This document shows positions 1 to 10,576 of a stretch of DNA of 64,000 nucleotides, piece after piece. Position numbers and translations under genes: made by a program. This DNA comes from Saprospiraceae bacterium (lineage in GTDB: Bacteria > Bacteroidota > Bacteroidia > Chitinophagales > Saprospiraceae), in the NCBI GenBank assembly GCA_013214355.1, contig JABSSL010000029.1, positions 13,626 to 77,625 of the forward strand. The letters run 5' to 3'. The notes under the pieces are model-generated. The model had not been told where the DNA came from, ran no database searches, and saw nothing but the letters and a program-made list of their open reading frames with translations. How positions within the stretch are numbered: position 1 is the first letter of the stretch; the number at the start of each line of letters is the position of its first letter.

Positions 1-738
1 ACCATAAATGTAGATGCAGCAGGTTCCGTTGGGGGATTCCTGTATGTATATGCTTTCAGCGATGGCAGTCTAGCCCCACCGCAGAGAGACCCAAATACGG
101 TGATGGCACATACCTTCGCTACCCCAGGATCGTATGGTGTAAGCCTGTATGCGCTAGACGAATGCGGCAATATCCGAGACGTAGATTTACGTACGGTATC
201 CAGTCTTCTCCCCGTAGAATGGGATTCTTTTGCCGCAAAACCGAAGGCTAAGGATGTACACTTGAATTGGACGACGCAAACAGAGTCTAATAACGATTAC
301 TTTCAGGTAGAATGGAGCGACAATGGGAAACATTTTAAACCATTAGGAACCATAAAAGGCCAGGGCAATAGCCAAGTAGTACGAGGGTATTCTTTTGTAC
401 ATAAAGAGGCAGGATTTGGCCTACACTATTATCGTATCAAGCAAGTTGATTTTGATGGCAGCTGGTCTTATTCCCCTATCCAGACGGCAAATATAGAAGC
501 CAAAGAACTGCTCACCTTCTTCCCCAATCCAGTAGATGACCAACTACAGATCATTTTGAGCGGAGATCGAGATTTGCAGATTAAAGTCATCGACATGCAA
601 GGACGCCCTCTTCTTAAACAATGGATTACCAATGGACCAGTCAGTCTTTCGATGGAAAATTTGGCGCCAGGTATTTATTTTGTGCAGTATGTCGATGCAG
701 CTGGAGCGTTGAGGAATTGGAAAATGGTTAAGAAATAA
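1..738 (+). CDS. Partial (5' truncated) T9SS type A sorting-domain protein with PKD-like domain
   Basis: Frame is open from base 1. PKD-like 'HTFATPGSYGVSL', 'LPVEWDSF...LNWTTQTESNNDYFQVE' Ig-like segment, and C-terminal 'FPNPV...LAPGIYFV...KMVKK' T9SS CTD. Confidence 0.85.
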   Translation, partial: TINVDAAGSVGGFLYVYAFSDGSLAPPQRDPNTVMAHTFATPGSYGVSLYALDECGNIRDVDLRTVSSLLPVEWDSFAAKPKAKDVHLNWTTQTESNNDYFQVEWSDNGKHFKPLGTIKGQGNSQVVRGYSFVHKEAGFGLHYYRIKQVDFDGSWSYSPIQTANIEAKELLTFFPNPVDDQLQIILSGDRDLQIKVIDMQGRPLLKQWITNGPVSLSMENLAPGIYFVQYVDAAGALRNWKMVKK

Positions 739-827
739 TGTTTAGCGTTTACGATTTAAAGGGGAGTTAAAAGTTTAGAATGAGGCCAAGACTTCTTGTT
801 GAGCAAGAAGTCTTGGTCATTCACCGC

Positions 828-1415
828 TTACCCCAATTTGAAGCTTGCCAGATTGTCTTTGAATAACTTTATAGATATAGCGAGCAAGATAATCCCGAAG
901 ACTTTCCTTAGGATATTAGCCCCGCCCTCCCCGAGCTTCCTAGAAATCCAATCTGAAAAGCTAAGGACTAGAAATACCAACAAAATATTCAGCACTACGC
1001 CCAGCTGAATATTGAGTACATCATATTTAGCTTTCAAGGCGATAATGGTAGTCATTGTCCCCGCCCCGGCGATTAAGGGGAAGGCTATCGGAACGATCGT
1101 ACCTTTCCCAGATCCTTGCTGGTGCTTAAAGATTTCGACGCCAAGGATCATCTCTAAGCCGATAATGAAAATAACGATGGCACCTGCTACGGCAAAGGAA
1201 GCAACATCCACGCCGAAAAGATGCAACAGGGCCTCTCCCCCATACAAAAAAAGTGTCATGATCAACAAAGCTACTAAGGATGCTTTACCCGATTCAATTT
1301 TGATTCCCTTACGCTTCAGGTCGATCACAATGGGCACATTCCCAATGATATCAATCACAGAAAACAAAATGAGAGAGACCGAAATCAACTCCTTAACATT
1401 CAACATTTCAAACAC
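828..1415 (-). CDS. MarC family integral membrane protein
   Basis: 'LFSVIDIIG', 'FAVAGAIVIF', 'VPIAFPLIAGAG' and 'LRKVFGIILLAI' motifs; about 6 TM segments. Confidence 0.9.
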   Translation of the reverse strand: MFEMLNVKELISVSLILFSVIDIIGNVPIVIDLKRKGIKIESGKASLVALLIMTLFLYGGEALLHLFGVDVASFAVAGAIVIFIIGLEMILGVEIFKHQQGSGKGTIVPIAFPLIAGAGTMTTIIALKAKYDVLNIQLGVVLNILLVFLVLSFSDWISRKLGEGGANILRKVFGIILLAISIKLFKDNLASFKLG

Positions 1416-1627
1416 TTTTTACCCGTTGGGATACTGCTGTTTTTTGGGTATCCAGAACGGTAATTAATCAATAAATTGCAAAAAAAATATCTATTGGATA
1501 GCCTCATACAGATGGCTATGCAATAGATAAATCAGTACAAATAGAACAGGGGAAATCTAGTGCCTTCTACACCTCAAATCTATCTCCTCCTGGCACAAAC
1601 ACGATGAGTTCAGGAATAGTTTCCTGA

Positions 1628-2398
1628 CTAAAATAAATATTGGTGCAAATTAAACAATTTAATAATTGCCAAAACAACAATCACCACTAAAATTCGATGC
1701 GCCCACACATTTGCCTGCGGATACTTAGACGCATAATTTGCCATGAGGTAACCTCCAGTAGCTTGACCGATCGCCATCACGCCACCAATTTTCCAATCAA
1801 TCAAGCCATTCCACTGAAAAATGAGCAGGGCCAATAAGGTATACACCCCAACAATGGCACTCTTCATCACATTCGAATCCATTAGGCTGAAGTGTGCCCA
1901 TAGCACGGTCACCGCCAAGAAGATAACTCCCATCCCCATTTGAATGAAGCCTCCGTAGAAGCCTATTCCCAAATAGGCTGGGATAACTACCCAAGGATTT
2001 ACCTTTTTAGTCGTATCGGTTTCCCGCAACCACTTTTGAGGCTTGATGACGATCACAAATAACATGATGATCATCAGAAACCTAAATACGCTCTTAAACT
2101 GCTCATTACTCACTTGGGTACTTACTATCACACCGATCACCGCTCCGATAACGGTGGAGATCATGTACAATCGCGAGCGATCCATCTTTAGTTTTCCATT
2201 CCGATGAAAACCATAGGTCGTTGCTAAGGATTGCGTAAAAACCCCCACTCTATTGGTCCCATTGGCCATATTAGCAGGGAGGCCGAGCATTTCAGTTAGA
2301 ATGGTCAAGGTGATGGCGGAACCATTGCCAGCCATGGTATTGATAGCACCAGCTATAGCAGCGCCAATGATGGCAATTAAGTAGACGTATATTTCCAT
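1628..2398 (-). CDS. Sulfite exporter TauE/SafE family protein
   Basis: 'AGAINTMAGNGS', 'ANGTNR' and 'GFYGGFIQMGMG' motifs; multi-TM. Confidence 0.88.
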   Translation of the reverse strand: MEIYVYLIAIIGAAIAGAINTMAGNGSAITLTILTEMLGLPANMANGTNRVGVFTQSLATTYGFHRNGKLKMDRSRLYMISTVIGAVIGVIVSTQVSNEQFKSVFRFLMIIMLFVIVIKPQKWLRETDTTKKVNPWVVIPAYLGIGFYGGFIQMGMGVIFLAVTVLWAHFSLMDSNVMKSAIVGVYTLLALLIFQWNGLIDWKIGGVMAIGQATGGYLMANYASKYPQANVWAHRILVVIVVLAIIKLFNLHQYLF

Positions 2399-2805
2399 TA
2401 TTCTTCAGGAATACTTTGGCATAATTCTACTAAAACACCATTAGCCGATTTTGGATGTAAAAAACATACCCATTTGTTATCTGCTCCTCGCTTTGGCTCC
2501 TCGTTCAGGAGGCGAAAACCTTCCGCTGCTAAGCGTTTCATTTCAGCTCGTATATCCGCCACCTCAAAAGCAACATGATGAATCCCCTCCCCCTTGCGTT
2601 CAATAAACTTGGCGATAGCGCTCTCCGGGGCAGTGGCTTGCAATAGTTCTAATTTAGATTCTCCGGTCTGGAAAAAAGAGGTATTGACATGCTCGCTGGC
2701 GACCTCTTCAATTTTGTAGTGAGGTCGTCCCAACAGCTTGGCAAATAGTTCATTGCTGGCATCCAAATCCTTAACCGCAATACCGATGTGTTCGATCTTA
2801 AACAT
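2398..2805 (-). CDS. mce: Methylmalonyl-CoA epimerase
   Basis: 'IEHIGIAV', 'GEGIHHVAFEV' and 'FLHPKSANGVLVELCQ' VOC motifs. Confidence 0.93.
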   Translation of the reverse strand: MFKIEHIGIAVKDLDASNELFAKLLGRPHYKIEEVASEHVNTSFFQTGESKLELLQATAPESAIAKFIERKGEGIHHVAFEVADIRAEMKRLAAEGFRLLNEEPKRGADNKWVCFLHPKSANGVLVELCQSIPEE

Positions 2806-2979
2806 AGGTGTTTGATTTGCGGCAAAGGTAGCTAAAAGTCAATGGAAGAAGGGGGTCGTCAGAAAGGAGATTATCAGATCCATCGTGTAAGTAGACTAAA
2901 GAAAATATAGTCTTAGCGATTGAGGCTCGCCCAAGGTACTGATCTCTCCTCTTGGTTCTGACTTCTGTTGTCGTAATAC

Positions 2980-3459
2980 CTACCGCTTAGCCATAGCGCT
3001 TTCGGCCATCGCCTTGAGCTCGGTGTGATAAGCAGCTCCTTCTTTGCGCTCAAGCACCTGGCCTTTTTCATTCAAGAACAAGAGCGTAGGATAAGCCTTT
3101 ATGTTAAAAATTTGGGCGAGATTGACGCCATTGCCCTTTTCGGCGTCCACTTTGTAATTGATGAAATTTTCGTTGAAGAAGTTGCCTAAGTCCTTATCCA
3201 TAAAGACATCCTTTTCCATCAAACGGCAGGGCAGACACCAATCTGTGTAAAAATCAACAAAAACTAATTTGCGCTCTTCTTTTGCTTGATCTAGCAAAGG
3301 CATTAGCTGTTCTGATTCGGCAAAATCAAAGGCAAATTCTGGCTTGGGATTGGTGACATTAGTAGTGGAATCTGGGCTAGCGGGTTGAGTAGTTTTGCAG
3401 CCCATTAAAAAAAGGCTGGAGACCAAGAGAAGGGATAAGTAATACTTTAACATCGGCAT
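2980..3459 (-). CDS. Thioredoxin-family lipoprotein
   Basis: Lipobox 'FLMGC', 'VFVDFYTDWCLPC' and 'AYPTLLF'. Confidence 0.88.
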   Translation of the reverse strand: MPMLKYYLSLLLVSSLFLMGCKTTQPASPDSTTNVTNPKPEFAFDFAESEQLMPLLDQAKEERKLVFVDFYTDWCLPCRLMEKDVFMDKDLGNFFNENFINYKVDAEKGNGVNLAQIFNIKAYPTLLFLNEKGQVLERKEGAAYHTELKAMAESAMAKR

Positions 3460-3490
3460 GATTTGATTTTATCTTTCTATTCAGCAGGAA

Positions 3491-4240
3491 TTATTTTTTC
3501 AACTCAAACATATAAAGGTAACGCAAAAACACCCCCCATGCCATGATGGCACTGATGATAAAACCTACTCTTCCATCCAAGAAACCTCGTTGTAGAAAAA
3601 AGTGCTTGATAAAACGGAATAGCGGTTTACCCCACAATTGTAGAAGGCCAATAGCTTTCGTTTTTTCTAAATGGTCCTTAGCTGACCACTCTCCATAGCG
3701 CCTCATTTTTTCCAAAAAGTGGGTCGCATTCTTAAAAGTATAGTGATCCATTTTCTGAGATAGGCGGGCTATTTTCACTCCATCCGTTCTGATTTCCTCA
3801 TGCACTTGCTTATCGTCATAACGACAGACATCTCTCCTTATCAGGCGTATTACTGCATCCCCTTGCCAACCACTGTAATTTATTTTTTGCCCCATGAAGT
3901 AATTTTGCCGATTGATCCAATATCCATCAAAATCGATCTTTTCTTGAGACAAAAGTTGTTGGATCTCATTCCAAAGGGCCGGTGGAACTCGCTCATCTGC
4001 ATCTAAGATTAGCACCCACTCATTCCGTGCTTGCGGGATGGCCCAGTTCTTCTGGTCCGCAGGGCCTTGGTACGCTCTTTGCAAAACGGTAGCCCCGTTT
4101 TTTTCCGCTATTGATCGCGTGCCATCTTCACTAAACGAATCGATTACCAATATTTCATCCGCTCTAGCAACAGAGGCCATAACTGCCTCAATGTTGTCAG
4201 CTTCATTTAGTGTGGTGATGATAACGGAAAGTGGGCGCAT
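3491..4240 (-). CDS. Glycosyltransferase family 2 (LPS core beta-1,4-glucosyltransferase-like)
   Basis: 'SVIITTLNE', 'IDSFSEDGT', 'LILDADER' and 'VHE'. Confidence 0.9.
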   Translation of the reverse strand: MRPLSVIITTLNEADNIEAVMASVARADEILVIDSFSEDGTRSIAEKNGATVLQRAYQGPADQKNWAIPQARNEWVLILDADERVPPALWNEIQQLLSQEKIDFDGYWINRQNYFMGQKINYSGWQGDAVIRLIRRDVCRYDDKQVHEEIRTDGVKIARLSQKMDHYTFKNATHFLEKMRRYGEWSAKDHLEKTKAIGLLQLWGKPLFRFIKHFFLQRGFLDGRVGFIISAIMAWGVFLRYLYMFELKK

Positions 4241-4384
4241 ATTTTTGACTTAAAAATAGGAACTTAGACTATATTTGCACTCAAATTTCAATTCTCTGAG
4301 CGCTTTTCCTAATCTACTACCTGTTCGGCTAACGTTATGGCAGTAGAAAAATTATCAGAGTAGCCCAATTTCAAATTCCTATCG

Positions 4385-6061
4385 ATGGCAGATCACAAGA
4401 TTATCTTCTCTATGTCCGGGGTCAGCAAGACTTTCCCCCCCAATAAGCAAGTTCTAAAGAACATCTGGCTTTCCTTCTTCTACGGCGCCAAGATTGGCGT
4501 TCTAGGTCTTAATGGTTCAGGTAAATCTTCCTTGTTGAAGATCATCGCTGGACTGGATAAAAATTATGAAGGTAAGATCGAATTTGACGGCAGCTTTAAG
4601 ATTGGTTATCTAGAGCAAGAGCCTCAGCTGGATGAGTCGAAGACTGTTCGGCAAGTCGTGGAAGAAGGCGTGCAGGAGATCGTAGACTTAATGGCCGAAT
4701 ACGAAGCCATTAACCTCAAGCTTGCTGAGCCGATGAGTGACGATGAGATGATGAAGGTCATTGAGAAACAAGGGGAATTGATGGACAAGCTGGATCATCA
4801 TAATGCTTGGGAATTGGACAATCGCCTCGAAACGGCTATGGATGCCTTACGTTGCCCAGAGGGAGATACCTCCATTAAAGTGCTTTCCGGTGGAGAGCGA
4901 AGAAGAGTTGCCTTATGTCGCCTGCTCCTAAGTAATCCAGACATTCTACTCCTGGATGAACCTACTAACCATTTGGATGCTGAATCTGTCCATTGGTTGG
5001 AGCAATATCTCCAGAATTTCCCAGGCACCGTTATTGCCGTAACGCACGACCGTTACTTCCTGGACAATGTAGCGGGCTGGATCCTTGAATTGGATCGAGG
5101 GGAAGGTATTCCTTGGGAAGGAAATTACTCTTCTTGGCTAGAACAAAAAGCCAAGCGAATGGAGCAAGAGGAGAAGACGGCATCGAAGCGTAGAAAAACA
5201 CTGGAACGGGAATTAGAATGGATTAGAATGGCTCCGAAGGCGCGCCAGACCAAAGGTAAAGCCCGTTTGAATGCCTACGATAAATTGGCCGATGAGGAAG
5301 TAAAAGCAAAAGAGGCTAAACTAGAGCTTTATATCCCTCCTGGGCCCCGCTTGGGAGATGTGGTTATTGATGCCAAGGGCTTGACGAAGGCTTACGATGG
5401 TCGCATTCTTTTCGAAAATCTAGATGTTTCTATTCCAAAAAATGCCATTGTCGGTATCATTGGCCCGAATGGTGTAGGGAAAAGTACTTTCTTCCGCATC
5501 CTTATGGGTAAAGAACAGCCCGATGCCGGAGCGGTTGAAATTGGCAATACGGTACAAGTGGCTTATGTTGACCAGAGCCATGAAGCACTTTTGCCCGAAA
5601 AGACAGTTTTCGAAGTAATTTCTGAAGGGAATGATCTGATCACCGTTGGAAACGCTAGTGTCAACGCTCGAGCTTACATTAGTAAATTCAATTTTGGCGG
5701 AACGGACCAGCAGAAGAAAATCGGGGTACTTTCCGGTGGTGAGCGTAACCGCGTTCACTTAGCCATGACCTTAAAAGAGGGTGGCAATGTGCTGCTCCTG
5801 GATGAGCCTACTAACGATATTGATGTTAACACGCTCCGTGCCCTAGAGGATGCCCTAGATAGCTTCGCAGGTTGTGTCTTGCTCATTTCTCACGATCGAT
5901 GGTTCATTGACCGCCTGGCTACTCATATTCTGGCTTTTGAAGGTAATTCGGAAGTAGTCTTCTTTGAAGGGAACTACTCTGATTATGAAAAAGCGAAGAA
6001 GGAGCGCCTGGGAGATGTGCAGCCTCGCCGGGCGCGATTTAAGAATGTGATTAATCGGTAA
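4385..6061 (+). CDS. ettA: Energy-dependent translational throttle protein EttA (ABC-F)
   Basis: Two ABC domains (GLNGSGKS, GPNGVGKS); 'LSFFYGAKIG', 'GIPWEGNYSSWL' and 'ELEWIR...KARQ' EttA signatures. Confidence 0.95.
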   Translation: MADHKIIFSMSGVSKTFPPNKQVLKNIWLSFFYGAKIGVLGLNGSGKSSLLKIIAGLDKNYEGKIEFDGSFKIGYLEQEPQLDESKTVRQVVEEGVQEIVDLMAEYEAINLKLAEPMSDDEMMKVIEKQGELMDKLDHHNAWELDNRLETAMDALRCPEGDTSIKVLSGGERRRVALCRLLLSNPDILLLDEPTNHLDAESVHWLEQYLQNFPGTVIAVTHDRYFLDNVAGWILELDRGEGIPWEGNYSSWLEQKAKRMEQEEKTASKRRKTLERELEWIRMAPKARQTKGKARLNAYDKLADEEVKAKEAKLELYIPPGPRLGDVVIDAKGLTKAYDGRILFENLDVSIPKNAIVGIIGPNGVGKSTFFRILMGKEQPDAGAVEIGNTVQVAYVDQSHEALLPEKTVFEVISEGNDLITVGNASVNARAYISKFNFGGTDQQKKIGVLSGGERNRVHLAMTLKEGGNVLLLDEPTNDIDVNTLRALEDALDSFAGCVLLISHDRWFIDRLATHILAFEGNSEVVFFEGNYSDYEKAKKERLGDVQPRRARFKNVINR

Positions 6062-6180
6062 TCACGCCGGGCTTTTGGTGGAGTGTGGGGGATCACACCT
6101 GACAATGGGCAGGGAGTTTTGTCACGCCGGGCTTTTGCTGGATTGTGGGTGATAACACCCGACAATGGCGGGGGATGCGC
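6061..6180 (+). repeat. Tandem pair (60-bp unit) of REP-like hairpin repeat
   Basis: TCACGCCGGGCTTTTG...GATTGTGGGTGATAACACCCGACAATGG occurs twice. The core ATTGT-GGGTG-ATAA-CACCC-G-ACAAT is an imperfect palindrome (6142-6166); the first copy is degenerate. Confidence 0.85.
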
Positions 6181-6245
6181 GTCAGTAAGGGGTTGAATGA
6201 ATGAAGTATCTATTTTTTGGGACTAGGTATCGAAATGTCCCTCGG

Positions 6246-6296
6246 TTCGCCAGTATGGTTTTCTAGTTTAGATGACAAGGAAACGATACTGGCGAA
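6246..6296. terminator. Long inverted repeat between convergent genes (probable terminator or hairpin)
   Basis: TTCGCCAGTATGGTTTTCT ... AAGGAAACGATACTGGCGAA, about a 19-bp imperfect stem. Confidence 0.6.
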
Positions 6297-6359
6297 TCCA
6301 TTTATCTGTAACTTGAATCACCCGACCATTATTACTAGCCAGTAGTCGTTTCCTTTTTC

Positions 6360-6764
6360 TTACGTTTTTCTCATCACAGGCATTACCCATCCATAATTCG
6401 CGATCCAACCGCCAATTAAGACTCCGAATATCAAAGACATGCTTGCCAGCAATTCAAACCATAGCGGGTTGAGCAAAATACCATTGGTCATCAGGTAAGT
6501 GCTTTCGATAATTAAGATCAAGCACATGATCTGCTGAGGCCATAGCTGTTTGTGTCTTTTGAGCTGCCCTGCCACCCAACCGCCAACAACTGCGGCTATC
6601 ACGCTACCTATTCCGGCAAAGAAGATATTGTAAAAGGGCGTAGTTCCAAGCTCAGGCCTGCCAAAGGTTAGGTCTTGCGCCACTACCAATAGCAAAACCA
6701 TCACTAGATAACCAACAATTACACTCAAGGCGTACCGTAAAACAATGGTGAGATTTTTCATCAT
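6360..6764 (-). CDS. Hypothetical membrane protein (4 TM)
   Basis: 134-aa hydrophobic ORF divergent from the LytS/LytTR pair, so a likely target of it. Confidence 0.75.
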   Translation of the reverse strand: MMKNLTIVLRYALSVIVGYLVMVLLLVVAQDLTFGRPELGTTPFYNIFFAGIGSVIAAVVGGWVAGQLKRHKQLWPQQIMCLILIIESTYLMTNGILLNPLWFELLASMSLIFGVLIGGWIANYGWVMPVMRKT

Positions 6765-6916
6765 TATGTTTTTTCCAAAAAATAGATAATGACCAGGCGA
6801 TAGATCCTTTGAATTAGATATTCGAGCCTGAAATTTAGATCATTCTTCCTCTACTTTCCGTCAACGGTCCAGTAATCGATCCTAGCTATCTAAAAAGCCG
6901 AATTCCCTGATCGCTG

Positions 6917-7972
6917 TTGTCTATCTTTAAAGACATGCAAGCATTTGTAAGCAACTTTTGGGAAAATCACAGGTTTATTCAAACCATCTTTTGGCTAGTT
7001 TTTCCGCTCTTGGTGTCCATTCCCCTATTTCAAAAGTATCCGATTGATGTTGCCTTTTGGAGTACCTTGTCAACTGCCACTTATCTTTATTGGCTCGTTT
7101 TTGGCCATTACTATTTAGGACTCCCTTTCCTTATCGGACCTGCGAACAAGAAGGGGGTCTACCTCTTTCGCCTACTTCTAGTTATTGCTATTGGTGTTGC
7201 CATTCACGGTGCCTTCAGCATCCTATTATTTGATGAACTTGGAGAGAAAGAGTACAGTATTCTGGTGAGACCCTGGTCCTTTGTCATTTGGACCTCCATC
7301 GAATGTCTGCTGATTATCTTAATCAGTAGTATGATGCAATTCTCCTTTGCCTATTTTAAGCTGCAGTCCCAACAACAACAAATGGCCAATCAGCAGCTGG
7401 AGGCAGAATTGAAATACCTTAAACTTCAAATCAATCCGCATTTCCTCTTTAATACACTAAACAACCTGCTGTTGCTCACCAACAAACGATCTCCTCAGGC
7501 TTCGGTTGTTGTAGAAAAATTGGCTTATATGATGCGCTATCTATTGGAAAAAGACCGTAAAAAGCAGGTTCCCTTACATACTGAAATTGACTTCATCAAT
7601 GCTTATATCGATCTAGAACGTATTAGAGTTAAGGATACAGATATTAGCTTCGACTTGGAAGGAGATCTTAACGGCCATAGTCTTCCCCCCGCCTTGTTGA
7701 TTACTTTAGTTGAAAATGCTTTCAAACATGGCATCAACAAATCAGCTACTGCTAATTTCGTACACCTTGAACTGAAGGCCAGTCCGGACGAGATCACTTT
7801 TGAGGTTACAAACCCGCTACATAGCCATTCCTCCAATAGAACCAAAGAGACGGGGATTGGTCTACAAAATCTCCGGAAGCGCTTGCAATTACTATTCCCT
7901 GATCGACACCATTTACAAGTAGGACCGACCAAACAAGAAACATTTGGAGCCCATTTAACTATCCAGGTATGA
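6917..7972 (+). CDS. LytS/YehU-family sensor histidine kinase (start probably ATG 6935)
   Basis: N-terminal TMs; 'LKLQINPHFLFNTLNN', 'LVENAFKHG' and 'GIGLQNLRKRL'. Confidence 0.93.
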   Translation: MSIFKDMQAFVSNFWENHRFIQTIFWLVFPLLVSIPLFQKYPIDVAFWSTLSTATYLYWLVFGHYYLGLPFLIGPANKKGVYLFRLLLVIAIGVAIHGAFSILLFDELGEKEYSILVRPWSFVIWTSIECLLIILISSMMQFSFAYFKLQSQQQQMANQQLEAELKYLKLQINPHFLFNTLNNLLLLTNKRSPQASVVVEKLAYMMRYLLEKDRKKQVPLHTEIDFINAYIDLERIRVKDTDISFDLEGDLNGHSLPPALLITLVENAFKHGINKSATANFVHLELKASPDEITFEVTNPLHSHSSNRTKETGIGLQNLRKRLQLLFPDRHHLQVGPTKQETFGAHLTIQV

Positions 7973-8667
7973 AAATCATTAGATGCGCCATTATAGATGA
8001 TGAACCCTTCGCTATTGAATTACTGGAGAACTACATTCAAAGAGTTCCTAACTTAGAGCTCCTCGCCTCCTTTGATAACCCTTTGCTCGGGCTTCAGCAA
8101 CTGCAAACGGATACCGTTGATCTTCTCTTTCTGGACATTGAAATGCCCGAACTTACGGGTATGGAACTCATTACAAATCTGCCTTCTAAACAAACACAAG
8201 TTATTTTCACGACGGCATATTCAGAATATGCGGTACAGAGCTATGACAAAAATGCATTAGATTATCTGCTCAAACCCATAACCTTTGAAAGATTCCTACT
8301 CGCCATTAATAAGTTTGAGACTAAAGACCAAAAAGTCCAGTTTGCGGAAAAAGAGGAAAGTATTTATATCAAGACCAATGGGGGCTTCAAAAAATTAAGC
8401 TATGCGGAAATCGGATTCATTAAAGCTATAAAAGACTACGTAATGATCTATACCAAAGATCATCACTTCATCGTGTACCATAGCTTGAAAAAGCTGGAGC
8501 AAGCCTTGCCAAATTGCTTCCGACGGGTCCATCATTCCTATATCGTCAATCTTAATAATCTAAGTGAGATTAAATATCATCATTGCCATATCTGGGGTGA
8601 GAAAATTCCGATTAGTAAGAAGTATAGGGCGGAGGTGTATGAGGAGGTTGGGAAAAAATTGCTGTGA
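7969..8667 (+). CDS. LytTR-family response regulator
   Basis: Receiver domain (IIDDE, FLDIEMP, DYLLKP) plus LytTR 'FRRVHHSYIVN'. Confidence 0.95.
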   Translation: MKIIRCAIIDDEPFAIELLENYIQRVPNLELLASFDNPLLGLQQLQTDTVDLLFLDIEMPELTGMELITNLPSKQTQVIFTTAYSEYAVQSYDKNALDYLLKPITFERFLLAINKFETKDQKVQFAEKEESIYIKTNGGFKKLSYAEIGFIKAIKDYVMIYTKDHHFIVYHSLKKLEQALPNCFRRVHHSYIVNLNNLSEIKYHHCHIWGEKIPISKKYRAEVYEEVGKKLL

Positions 8668-8690
8668 ACATCATGCGGGCTGGGGGGTGG

Positions 8691-8915
8691 ATTATCACGT
8701 CGGGCTAGTGTTGGATTGTGGGTGATAACACCCGACAATGGGCCAGGGGTGCGTGCCGAGTCTTATCTGTTTTATGGTATTGTGCTTTGGGGGATTGTCG
8801 CGCCGGGCTAGTGTTGGATTGTGGGTGATAACACCCGACAATGGGCCAGTGGGGCGCGCACGCCGAGTCTTATCTGTTTTATGATATTGTGTTTTGGGGG
8901 ATTGTCACAATGGGC
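8691..8915 (+). repeat. Tandem pair (~103-bp unit) of the same REP-like repeat
   Basis: Cores ATTGTGGGTGATAACACCCGACAAT at 8715-8739 and 8818-8842, each followed by GCCGAGTCTTATCTGTTTTATG. Confidence 0.88.
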
Positions 8916-8938
8916 TGGGGCGCCGCCGCCGGGGGGCG

Positions 8939-9781
8939 TTAGGTTTTTAGGAGCTTCTTCATGGTGGTTGAGACATTTCCTTTTTTCCAAATCATAAATA
9001 TTTTGCGGTCAAATTGTTCGTCAGCGATGGGAACATATTTCACGTTTGGATACTCCATTTCTATATCCGGTACTAAAGAAATTCCCAACCCAGAGGCGAC
9101 CAAAGCCTTTGCCATATCATCCCCTTTAGCTCTAAAGACAATCTTCGGATGGATGTCCTGTTGATGCAAGCATTTTTCGACCTCACTGTATAGGGAGCAA
9201 TTGGTTCTCTCTATTAAATGCTGGCCATCGATTGCCTGCAGGGGTAATTTGCTCTTTGTGGCTAGTTCATGATTATTAGGAACGGCTAATACCAAGCGAT
9301 CCTTTCTGATAAGCCGGTATTCGAAGTCGTTGTGATCGAAGGGAATATACTTCTGGAAATAACCGTCAATGCTTTCGCTCTTCAACATCTGATGTAATTC
9401 CACTTCACTATTCTCGATAAGCTGGGTCTCTATATTAGGATGTAACTCATGGAAAGATTTCATCAAGGGCACAATGGCATTGAAATCAATTTCACTTACC
9501 ACTCCCAATCTCAATGGTTTACAATATTCCTCCGAAAAAATACTTTCCATTTCATTCCAAGTCCTCAATAATTGCTTGGCTTTAGGAAGCAACTGTTTTC
9601 CTTCATCGGTCAGTAGGACCTGTCGATTGTCTCGATAGAACAACTTACAATTCAACTGTTGCTCCAACTTCTTAATGCCCGTGGAAAAAGTGGATTGTAC
9701 CACATGAACTTTTTCAGCTGCCTTGGTAAAATTCCCTACCTCTGCCAACACCAAGAAATACTTTACAAACTGTAGATTCAT
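8939..9781 (-). CDS. LysR-family transcriptional regulator
   Basis: HTH 'GNFTKAAEKVHVVQSTFSTGIKKLE'; substrate-binding domain 'LVASGLGISLVP'. Confidence 0.95.
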   Translation of the reverse strand: MNLQFVKYFLVLAEVGNFTKAAEKVHVVQSTFSTGIKKLEQQLNCKLFYRDNRQVLLTDEGKQLLPKAKQLLRTWNEMESIFSEEYCKPLRLGVVSEIDFNAIVPLMKSFHELHPNIETQLIENSEVELHQMLKSESIDGYFQKYIPFDHNDFEYRLIRKDRLVLAVPNNHELATKSKLPLQAIDGQHLIERTNCSLYSEVEKCLHQQDIHPKIVFRAKGDDMAKALVASGLGISLVPDIEMEYPNVKYVPIADEQFDRKIFMIWKKGNVSTTMKKLLKT

Positions 9782-9898
9782 TATCTAAAATTTCGATAGA
9801 TACGATTCAATAAATCCATTTTGACGATGCTAAACTAGCATCTACCTTTGTATCGACAAAACAAATCAAATGAAAAAGAACGATCTAAAATACAGATA

Positions 9899-10549
9899 AT
9901 GGATTTTCAAGAAAAACTGGAAAAAATCAAAAATAGGATTGAAGGTAATATGCCACCCTCCTACCTCAAGATCATGCATCAAGCTACCCATGACCTAGAA
10001 GCCTCAGGAATCCAAGACCAAGTGCTGAAGGTGGGGCAAAAGGCACCAGATTTTGCGTTGATTAATCAAAATGGAGACACGATAAGTAGCGAGCCCTTAC
10101 GCTCAGATAAAATGCTAGTCCTGACATTCTATCGAGGCGTTTGGTGTCCCTATTGTAATGCTGATTTGGCCAATCTCAAAAAGTACGTGCCTGAGATAGA
10201 GGAACTCGGAGCAACCTTGCTGGGCATCTCTCCCGAACAGCCTCAGTTTCTCAAGAAGATTATTGCCATGCAGAAACTCAATTTCGACATTCTACACGAT
10301 GATCGGAATAGTCTAGCTGCTCAATTCGGGCTAAAGTTCTATTACCCTAATGATCTAAAGGATCTGTACAAAGACAAATTCAATATTAACCTGGAAGTTC
10401 AACAGGGAAATGACGAATGGGCATTGCCGATGCCTGCCAGATTTATCATCGACCAACAGGGTATTATTCGCTATGCTGAAAGTAAACCCGACTATAGAAA
10501 TCGACCAAATCCTGATGAACTAATGGAGGTTCTCAAGGGCCTTAAGTAG
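9899..10549 (+). CDS. Peroxiredoxin-like (AhpC/TSA) protein
   Basis: 'GQKAPDFAL', 'FYRGVWCPYCN' and 'LPMPARFIID'. ATG 9899 is preferred over the TTG at 9848. Confidence 0.9.
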   Translation: MDFQEKLEKIKNRIEGNMPPSYLKIMHQATHDLEASGIQDQVLKVGQKAPDFALINQNGDTISSEPLRSDKMLVLTFYRGVWCPYCNADLANLKKYVPEIEELGATLLGISPEQPQFLKKIIAMQKLNFDILHDDRNSLAAQFGLKFYYPNDLKDLYKDKFNINLEVQQGNDEWALPMPARFIIDQQGIIRYAESKPDYRNRPNPDELMEVLKGLK

Positions 10550-10576
10550 TGTAACCATAGCAGCAAAAAACTAAAC